Positions 26,220-32,000 of a stretch of DNA of 32,000 bases are shown here, piece after piece. Position 1 is the first letter of the stretch, and every line of letters starts with the position of its first letter. The notes beneath the pieces are model-generated. The model was not told the origin of the DNA. It ran no database searches and saw only the letters and a program-made list of their open reading frames with translations. The translations under genes and the position numbers were made by a program. Source of the DNA: Wolbachia endosymbiont of Dirofilaria (Dirofilaria) immitis (GTDB lineage: Bacteria; Pseudomonadota; Alphaproteobacteria; Rickettsiales; Anaplasmataceae); NCBI RefSeq assembly GCF_013365455.1, contig NZ_CP046578.1, positions 240,001 through 272,000 of the forward strand. Direction: 5' to 3'.

Positions 26220-26588
26220 GTGGTAACTGAGATAGAGCAAGAGATACATATTAAGATAGAAGCTTTTGATTGTTCAAGGCTAGAGGAGTATATTAGAAAA
26301 TTTGTGCGTGAATTTAAGGATAAATTAAAACATTCTGGTACAAGGTTGTCTGGTCCAGTTGCTTTGCCAAGGAGGAATCTTAAGTTTAACGTCAATAGAT
26401 CACCTCACGTTGATAAAAAATCTCGTGAGCAGCTTGAACGGAGGACTTCTAAGCGTTTGATTGTTTTATATAATCCTACCTCTGCTATAGTGCAGATGCT
26501 TGGGAGCTCATCTTTCCCTTCTCCTCTTCCTGGAGTAGAAGTTGATTCAAAAATTAAGAAGGTCATAAAATTTAAGAAGAAGGGATGA
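26220..26588 (+). CDS. rpsJ: 30S ribosomal protein S10
   Basis: GTG start 5 nt after the tuf stop. IHIKIEAFDCSRLEE...LSGPVALPRRNLKFNVNRSPHVDKKSREQLERRTSKRLIVL matches S10. It has a Lys-rich C-terminal tail (KKVIKFKKKG) beyond the usual end, and the stop overlaps the rplC ATG (ATGA). Confidence 0.9.
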   Translation: MVTEIEQEIHIKIEAFDCSRLEEYIRKFVREFKDKLKHSGTRLSGPVALPRRNLKFNVNRSPHVDKKSREQLERRTSKRLIVLYNPTSAIVQMLGSSSFPSPLPGVEVDSKIKKVIKFKKKG

Positions 26589-27310
26589 AAAGAATAAATT
26601 CATTAAAAAGAATTGGTTTATTAATGAAAAATGTTGGTCATACTACTATATATTCTAGCAGTGGTTGTGTAGCTGTAACTTTATTGCATCTCAGCGAGAC
26701 TTATATTGTTGATGTAAAGGAGCAAAGTAAGTGTGGGTATAATTCAGTTATTTTAGGTACTGGAGATTTTAAAAATATTGCGAAGCCTCAGTTGGAATAT
26801 TTGAAAAAAAGGGGAATAAAAAATAGATGTAAGTTATATGAAAGTAAATTAAATAACCTCTCGGGGATAAGATGTGGTAAGAAAGTAGGTGTTAGCCATT
26901 TTGTAGTTGGTCAATATCTTGATATTACAGGGTATTCGATTGGTAAAGGATTTGCTGGTGTAATGAAGCGACATAATTTCAGTGGGCTTAGAGCGTCTCA
27001 TGGTGTTTCTATTGCTCATAGGTCGCAAGGTTCTACAGGTCAATGTCAGGATCCTGGTAAAGTATTTAAAGGCAAGAAAATGGCTGGTCATTTAGGCAGT
27101 AGTAGAGTAACTGTACAAAATATGAAGGTGTTATTTATTGATTATGAAGATAGTATAATTGCTATAAAGGGTAATAATGTTCCTGGGTTTAGAAATTCTT
27201 ATGTTTTTGTAAGGGATGCGATTAAAAAGCCTTTGCATAAAGATGCTCTTTTTTCGGCAGGTTTGCTATTAGATACAAGTAATGTTAATACTAGTAATTT
27301 GGTAAGTTAG
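26585..27310 (+). CDS. rplC: 50S ribosomal protein L3
   Basis: GKGFAGVMKRHNFSGLRASHGVSIAHRSQGSTGQCQDPGKVFKGKKMAGHLG is canonical L3, in the S10-operon position. Confidence 0.9.
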   Translation: MKRINSLKRIGLLMKNVGHTTIYSSSGCVAVTLLHLSETYIVDVKEQSKCGYNSVILGTGDFKNIAKPQLEYLKKRGIKNRCKLYESKLNNLSGIRCGKKVGVSHFVVGQYLDITGYSIGKGFAGVMKRHNFSGLRASHGVSIAHRSQGSTGQCQDPGKVFKGKKMAGHLGSSRVTVQNMKVLFIDYEDSIIAIKGNNVPGFRNSYVFVRDAIKKPLHKDALFSAGLLLDTSNVNTSNLVS

Positions 27311-27312
27311 TT

Positions 27313-27927
27313 ATGGAATGTAAATTAGTTGATTTATCCAGTGGTGATGTAGGTGTTGTTCAGCTTAACCCTTTGATGTTTTTTGTTAAACAGAAATTGA
27401 ATATTTTACATGATATAGTTATGTGGCAATTGGCAAAAAGAAGGGCTGGTACTCATAAAACAAGAGGTATCAGTGATATTTCTGGTACAACAGCTAAGCC
27501 TTATAGTCAGAAACGTACTGGTAGAGCAAGGCAAGGTAGTCTACGATCTCCTCAATTTAGGGGTGGGGAAATTATTTTTGGTCCTGTTGTAAGAAGTCAT
27601 GCTTATTCTCTTAATAAGAAGGTGCGTGAGCTTGGTTTAAGAATTGCTTTATCTCTAAAGTATTTTAATAATCAAATAATTATTCTTGATAGTTTAGATA
27701 TTAATGTAAGGAAGACATCTGAAATGTGTAGATATGTTAAAAAATTTAAATTTTCTTCCTTCTTGATAGTTGGTGATTATGGAGATAATTTGCTGCGGGC
27801 TACTAGAAATTTGCGCTATGTAAATTTGATCAAGCCTATTGGATTAAATGTCTTTGATATGTTAAATCATGAGTGTATAATGCTGACAAATGATGCTTTA
27901 AAGAGTCTTGAAGATAGGTTATTATGA
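27313..27927 (+). CDS. rplD: 50S ribosomal protein L4
   Basis: HKTRGISDISGTTAKPYSQKRTGRARQGSLRSPQFRGGEIIFGP is canonical L4, in operon order. Confidence 0.9.
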   Translation: MECKLVDLSSGDVGVVQLNPLMFFVKQKLNILHDIVMWQLAKRRAGTHKTRGISDISGTTAKPYSQKRTGRARQGSLRSPQFRGGEIIFGPVVRSHAYSLNKKVRELGLRIALSLKYFNNQIIILDSLDINVRKTSEMCRYVKKFKFSSFLIVGDYGDNLLRATRNLRYVNLIKPIGLNVFDMLNHECIMLTNDALKSLEDRLL

Positions 27928-28211
27928 TAAAATATGATAGTATAATAAAGTGTCCTATAATTACAGAGAAAGCTTCTTTTTTAAAAGAGAAATTTAATAA
28001 ATATTCTTTTTATGTTTTTGTAAATGTAAATAAGCATAAAATAAAGCTGGCAATAGAGTCTCTATTTAGAGTTAAAGTTTCATCTATAAATGTTGTTATG
28101 GTTAACCCTAAACGTAGATGCTTTAGGGGTGTAGTTGGTTATGAAAAACGAAAAAAGAAGGTTTATTTTTCTTTGGTAAATGGTCAAAAATTAAATATAA
28201 TGAGTATTTAA
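27924..28211 (+). CDS. rplW: 50S ribosomal protein L23
   Basis: 95 aa. [12 protein letters not shown]...[22 protein letters not shown] fits L23, and it lies between rplD and rplB. Confidence 0.88.
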   Translation: MIKYDSIIKCPIITEKASFLKEKFNKYSFYVFVNVNKHKIKLAIESLFRVKVSSINVVMVNPKRRCFRGVVGYEKRKKKVYFSLVNGQKLNIMSI

Positions 28212-28212
28212 T

Positions 28213-29037
28213 ATGGGAATAAAGTTTCTTAGTCCTGTTACCCCTTCTTCTCGTGGAACTGTATTAGTAAGTAGGATTGGGTTGTCAAAAGATAGACCAG
28301 AGAAATCCCTTACATTTGGTAAAAAATCTAGTGGTGGAAGAAATAATTGTGGTAGAATTACAACTCGTCATAAGGGTGGTGGTCATAAAAGGAAGTATAG
28401 GGTTGTAGATTTTAAGCGTAATAGAGGTGATCAAGGTATAGTTGAAAAAATAGAGTATGATCCGAATAGAGGTGGATTTCTAGCATTAATATCATATAGA
28501 AGCGATAATGTTAAGTCTTATATATTGGCTCCACAAAATATAAAACCTGGTGATCTTGTAATGTCAGGTGATGGTGTTGATATAGTAACAGGTAATTGTT
28601 TACCGTTAAAATATATACCTGTTGGTTCTTTTGTTCATGGTGTTGAATTGAAGCCAGGTAATGGTGCTGTAATTGCTCGGGCTGCTGGTTGTTATGCGCA
28701 AATTGTCGGTTATGATGGTAACTATGTTTTATTACGATTAAGGTCTGGTCAAGTTAGGCTGATTTTATCTTCTTGCAAGGCTACTGTTGGTGTAGTATCT
28801 AATCCTGATCGTAAAAACAGGAAATTTGGTAAAGCTGGAAGAAGTAGGTGGTTGGGGATTAGACCTACTGTTCGTGGAGTTGCTATGAACCCAGTTGATC
28901 ATCCTCATGGAGGTGGAGAAGGGAAAACTTCTGGTGGGCGCCATCCTGTTACTCCTTGGGGTATTGCAACAAAAGGGAAAAAGACTCGTAAGAAAAATAA
29001 ATTTAGTGACAAGTATATAAAACAGTTAAAGGGTTAG
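28213..29037 (+). CDS. rplB: 50S ribosomal protein L2
   Basis: [35 protein letters not shown], and [29 protein letters not shown] are canonical L2. Confidence 0.95.
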   Translation: MGIKFLSPVTPSSRGTVLVSRIGLSKDRPEKSLTFGKKSSGGRNNCGRITTRHKGGGHKRKYRVVDFKRNRGDQGIVEKIEYDPNRGGFLALISYRSDNVKSYILAPQNIKPGDLVMSGDGVDIVTGNCLPLKYIPVGSFVHGVELKPGNGAVIARAAGCYAQIVGYDGNYVLLRLRSGQVRLILSSCKATVGVVSNPDRKNRKFGKAGRSRWLGIRPTVRGVAMNPVDHPHGGGEGKTSGGRHPVTPWGIATKGKKTRKKNKFSDKYIKQLKG

Positions 29038-29040
29038 TTT

Positions 29041-29325
29041 ATGAGTAGATCTGCATGGAAATCACCTTTTTGTCATCCTTCTGTACTGAAATTAGTGAAT
29101 AGGGCTTTAAAAGAGGGTACTATTAATAAAATAATAAGAATTCATTCTAGAGCTTCTGTAATTCTTCCTAATTGTTTAGGCTTAAGATTTGCTGTTTATA
29201 ACGGTAAGGATTATGTTCCTGTTAATGTTAATGATCAAAATATGATAGGTCATAAATTTGGTGAATTTTCACCTACTCGTAAATTTAATGGACATAGTGG
29301 TGATAAAAAGGCAGTGAGAAGGTAA
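29041..29325 (+). CDS. rpsS: 30S ribosomal protein S19
   Basis: [13 protein letters not shown]...[54 protein letters not shown] is canonical S19. Confidence 0.93.
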   Translation: MSRSAWKSPFCHPSVLKLVNRALKEGTINKIIRIHSRASVILPNCLGLRFAVYNGKDYVPVNVNDQNMIGHKFGEFSPTRKFNGHSGDKKAVRR

Positions 29326-29330
29326 TTAGT

Positions 29331-29681
29331 ATGAAGGATAGATGTGTAGTGATTAAAGCTAGTTCTAGGGTTTTAAAGTCAACTCCTCGTAAATTGAATT
29401 TGGTTGCCAGTTTAGTGCGTAATAAAAAGGTTTCTTTTGCTACTATGCAATTGAGATTTTGTGAGAAGAAAGTTGCTAGCCTTATAGCAAAAGTATTGAA
29501 TTCTGCAGTTGCTAATGCTCAACATAATTATGGGTTAGATATTGATGGTTTATATATAAAGGAGATTTTAGTAGGTAAGTCTTTTACTTTGCGTAGAGTA
29601 TACCCAAAGGCTATGGGTAGGGCTAATAGGGTTAATAAGTATTATAGTAGTATAACTATAAAATTAGAGGAAGTTATATAA
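29331..29681 (+). CDS. rplV: 50S ribosomal protein L22
   Basis: [38 protein letters not shown]...[39 protein letters not shown] fits L22. Confidence 0.92.
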   Translation: MKDRCVVIKASSRVLKSTPRKLNLVASLVRNKKVSFATMQLRFCEKKVASLIAKVLNSAVANAQHNYGLDIDGLYIKEILVGKSFTLRRVYPKAMGRANRVNKYYSSITIKLEEVI

Positions 29682-29718
29682 TTTTAAGAGTGTAAAATTG
29701 GTGAGGAAAGTATAAAAT

Positions 29719-30339
29719 ATGGGGCAAAAGGTTAATCCTATAGGATTAAGGTTAAAGATCAATGCTAATACTTGGGATTCTGTTTGGTATGCTAGTAAAG
29801 ATTATAAAGAGAAATTGCATCAGGATTTATCTATTCGCAGTTACATAAATAAATCTTTTAAGCATGCAGGTCTTTCCAGAATAATTATAGAGCGTAAAGG
29901 TGATTTGATGTCTGTGACAATACACTCTTCTAGACCTGGGGTGATAATAGGTAAGAAAGGCTTAGATATTGAAAAGATAAAACAGAAAATAGCTAGAAAA
30001 GTAAAAGATAATGTAGAAGTGAATGTGGTAGGAGTAAAGAGACCTGAGATAGATGCGGCCTTGATATCAAACAGCATAGCACAGCAATTAGAAAAACGGG
30101 TTTCATTTAGGAGAGCAATGAAAAAAGCTATTCAAAGTTGTTTGAGAATGGGGGGAAGAGGTATTAAAGTAAGTTGTTCTGGACGTCTTGGTGGAGCTGA
30201 AATAGCTCGCACTGAATGGTATAAGGAAGGTCGTTTACCTTTACACACTTTGCGTGCTAATATAGATTATGCTTTATGTGAAGCAAAGACTATATATGGT
30301 ATTATAGGAGTTAGAGTTTGGGTTTATATTAGTAATTGA
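29719..30339 (+). CDS. rpsC: 30S ribosomal protein S3
   Basis: [25 protein letters not shown], the KH-domain sequence [10 protein letters not shown], and [30 protein letters not shown] are canonical S3. Confidence 0.95.
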   Translation: MGQKVNPIGLRLKINANTWDSVWYASKDYKEKLHQDLSIRSYINKSFKHAGLSRIIIERKGDLMSVTIHSSRPGVIIGKKGLDIEKIKQKIARKVKDNVEVNVVGVKRPEIDAALISNSIAQQLEKRVSFRRAMKKAIQSCLRMGGRGIKVSCSGRLGGAEIARTEWYKEGRLPLHTLRANIDYALCEAKTIYGIIGVRVWVYISN

Positions 30340-30350
30340 GGTATATTGAA

Positions 30351-30764
30351 ATGTTTGTCCCTAAAAAGAGTAAATATAGAAAGGTATTTAAAGGGAGAAT
30401 TAAGGGTAGTACAAAAGCTGGTGGTACATTATCTTTTGGAGATTATGGTTTAAAAGCTATAGAGGCAGGTAGGATTCAGTCTAAGCATATTGAAGCTGTA
30501 AGGCGTGTAATATCTAGAACGTTGAAACGTTCTGGTAAAGTGTGGGTAAGGATTTTTCCTAATATTCCTGTTAGTAAAAAACCTGCTGATGTACGGATGG
30601 GTAAAGGAAAAGGTAGCGTTGAGTTTTGGGTATTTAAAATTAGGCCTGGTAGAGTGTTATTTGAAATTAGCGGTGGTGTTTCTATATATTTGGCAAAATT
30701 GGCATTTGAAAAAGCAGTTGCTAAGCTTCCTGTAAAATGTAAATTTGTATCTAATCATAGTTGA
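30351..30764 (+). CDS. rplP: 50S ribosomal protein L16
   Basis: [19 protein letters not shown]...[27 protein letters not shown]...[16 protein letters not shown] is canonical L16. I preferred the ATG at 30351 to the TTG at 30336. Confidence 0.93.
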   Translation: MFVPKKSKYRKVFKGRIKGSTKAGGTLSFGDYGLKAIEAGRIQSKHIEAVRRVISRTLKRSGKVWVRIFPNIPVSKKPADVRMGKGKGSVEFWVFKIRPGRVLFEISGGVSIYLAKLAFEKAVAKLPVKCKFVSNHS

Positions 30765-30775
30765 ATGGAGTTACT

Positions 30776-30979
30776 ATGGGTATAGTTGAGATTAGATCAA
30801 AATCATCGCAAGAGTTGTGTCAATTTCTTATAAGCTTGAGGAAAGAGTTTGTTAATTTAGCTTTTCAAAAGAAATTGGGGCAGTGTAACAATATTGCGCG
30901 TTTTAGTTTGATAAGGAAAAGCATAGCTCGTGTTTTGACTGTATTAAATGAAAGAAGAATAGAGGAAAAGAATGCCTAA
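30776..30979 (+). CDS. rpmC: 50S ribosomal protein L29
   Basis: IRSKSSQELCQFLISLRKEFVNLAFQKKLGQCNNIARFSLIRKSIARVLTVLNER fits L29. ATG 30776 is preceded by GGAG at 30767-30770; the track uses TTG 30761. Confidence 0.88.
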   Translation: MGIVEIRSKSSQELCQFLISLRKEFVNLAFQKKLGQCNNIARFSLIRKSIARVLTVLNERRIEEKNA

Positions 30980-31205
30980 GAAGATTTTGCGTGGTGTTGT
31001 AATTAAAGCTGAGTGTGATAAAACTGTAAAGGTTTTGGTGTTGCAGGTATATAAAGATAAGCTGTATAAAAAAGTTGTAAAAAAATACAGAAAATATACG
31101 GCACATAATGAAAGTAATAATTGTAAAACAGGGGATAGAGTTTTTATACAGGAACATAAACCTATTTCTACTACTAAAAAGTGGATTGTTATTCAAGTCT
31201 GGTAA
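30972..31205 (+). CDS. rpsQ: 30S ribosomal protein S17
   Basis: MPKKILRGVVIKAECDKTVKVLVLQVYKDKLYKKVVKKYRKYTAHNE...GDRVFIQEHKPISTTKKW is canonical S17. Confidence 0.92.
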   Translation: MPKKILRGVVIKAECDKTVKVLVLQVYKDKLYKKVVKKYRKYTAHNESNNCKTGDRVFIQEHKPISTTKKWIVIQVW

Positions 31206-31214
31206 AGTGTTTGT

Positions 31215-31574
31215 ATGATTCAGAAAAATACATTGTTAGAAGTGGCTGATAATTCTGGTGCACGTAAAGTGCTTTGCATTGGTTTATTAGGTGGCAAGAA
31301 ATCTGCATCTGTAGGTGATACAGTTATTGTATCTGCTAAGTCCATTAACCCAAAGGGAAAAGTTGAGAAGGGGAAAGTATACAGAGCGGTTGTTGTTAGG
31401 GTGAAAAGTTGTGTTAGAAAGTCTGATAATTCTGTAATTCGTTTTTCTAGTAATGCTGTAGTTTTAATTAGTAATCAAGGTGAGCCATTTGGTACTCGAG
31501 TATTTGGTCCAATAAAGAAGTTACCGTCTGGTTCTTTTATGAAAATAATGTCATTAGCTATTGAGGTTTTATGA
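31215..31574 (+). CDS. rplN: 50S ribosomal protein L14
   Basis: [27 protein letters not shown]...[10 protein letters not shown]...AVVVRVK...[11 protein letters not shown]...[10 protein letters not shown] is canonical L14. Confidence 0.95.
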   Translation: MIQKNTLLEVADNSGARKVLCIGLLGGKKSASVGDTVIVSAKSINPKGKVEKGKVYRAVVVRVKSCVRKSDNSVIRFSSNAVVLISNQGEPFGTRVFGPIKKLPSGSFMKIMSLAIEVL

Positions 31575-31891
31575 TGAGTGCGAAAATAAGGAGTGGTGAT
31601 GACGTTATAGTTTTAGCTGGCAGAGATAGAGGAAAAATTGGTAAGGTGATTAAAGTTTTAACATATGATACTAAGAAAAGGGCAATTGTCTCTGGGGTAA
31701 ATATATATAAAAAACATGTTAAGCCGAAATCTGGTAATAGTGGTGGTATATTGGATAAGGAGTTGGCTATTGATATATCTAACATTGCAGTGTTAGATCC
31801 TAAGTGTAAAGCTCCAACTAGAGTGGGATTTAAGGTTGTAGATGGTAAAAAAGTACGTTTTGCAAAAGTTTCTGGGGAAGTAATAGATTAA
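31571..31891 (+). CDS. rplX: 50S ribosomal protein L24
   Basis: [25 protein letters not shown]...[13 protein letters not shown] is the KOW-motif L24 sequence. The start overlaps the rplN stop. Confidence 0.93.
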   Translation: MMSAKIRSGDDVIVLAGRDRGKIGKVIKVLTYDTKKRAIVSGVNIYKKHVKPKSGNSGGILDKELAIDISNIAVLDPKCKAPTRVGFKVVDGKKVRFAKVSGEVID

Positions 31892-31897
31892 GATGAT

Positions 31898-32000
31898 ATG
31901 TTCAAAGAATTATATAGAGATAGCATAATAAAATCCTTAAAGGATAAGTTTAACTATAGCAATGTAATGCAAGTACCCAGGCTTATTAAGGTATGTATTA
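31898..32000 (+). CDS. rplE: 50S ribosomal protein L5 (5' part only; continues beyond the window)
   Basis: ATG at 31898 gives MFKELYRDSIIKSLKDKFNYSNVMQVPRLIKVCI, matching the L5 N-terminus (..Y......L...f.y.N.MqvPrl.Kv.iN), in the expected position after rplX. Confidence 0.85.
   Translation, partial: MFKELYRDSIIKSLKDKFNYSNVMQVPRLIKVCI

Noticed and set aside
25021-26395. Five minus-strand ORFs of 75-120 aa (25021-25383, 25040-25396, 25484-25792, 26022-26249, 26033-26395) antisense to tuf and rpsJ.
   Set aside because: They lie opposite an unambiguous, highly conserved EF-Tu/S10 coding sequence. Their translations are low-complexity (Leu/Ser/Cys/His-rich), as expected from the complement of a purine-rich coding strand lacking stop-complement triplets.
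1-32000. Search for CRISPR arrays, tandem repeats, rRNA, tmRNA, RNase P RNA (GAGGAAAGTCC-type P4), SRP RNA (GGAAGCAGCC-type), prophage or defence/toxin-antitoxin modules.
   Set aside because: I saw no direct-repeat or spacer periodicity, none of those conserved RNA motifs, and no gene pair with a toxin-antitoxin or defence-system signature. Only two tRNAs were found. A covariance-model scan (Rfam/Infernal) of the five long spacers would be the decisive check for ncRNAs.

Overview
AT-rich core-chromosome segment of a reduced obligate-intracellular alphaproteobacterium. EF-Tu, the r-proteins and the gene repertoire look like Rickettsiales/Anaplasmataceae, and by my recollection most like Wolbachia; I cannot verify this without a database search. 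The right third (24.8-32 kb) is tRNA-Tyr, tRNA-Gly, tuf and then the S10/spc r-protein operon (rpsJ to rplE), all on the + strand. The rest holds housekeeping genes: dksA, ccmB, rlmE, tolC-like, rplM-rpsI, an HU-like gene, pdxJ, bamB-like, lpdA, xerC, a prx-trxB operon, dapE, a glycerol-1-phosphate-dehydrogenase-like gene, fdxA, a PAS_5-like ORF, rpmI-rplT, fmt, an orphan membrane protein and carA. Five long ORF-free spacers interrupt these genes: 1798-2357, 5803-6521, 9936-10860, 15205-16307 and 16683-20605, together 7230 bp or about 23% of the window. Frame-hopping translation shows several of them are eroded genes: a dprA/smf relic, an ABC-ATPase relic, an IS5-family transposase relic, an HU/IHF relic, a polytopic membrane-protein relic, and more tentatively an infC-like relic just upstream of rpmI-rplT. 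I found no coherent multi-gene novel system: no CRISPR, defence island, toxin or secretion locus, or tandem array. The most unusual signals are listed here. (1) A 15-bp perfect palindrome with roughly 31-nt imperfect arms sits in-frame inside the G1PDH-like CDS, with a second degenerate copy downstream, resembling Rickettsia palindromic elements. (2) The conserved N-terminus of rlmE is encoded upstream of any ATG/GTG/TTG codon. (3) DksA has a CxxT-x17-CxxE motif instead of the C4 zinc finger. (4) The 3.9-kb stretch between fdxA and rpmI is a run of decayed genes. Pseudogene coordinates are approximate.
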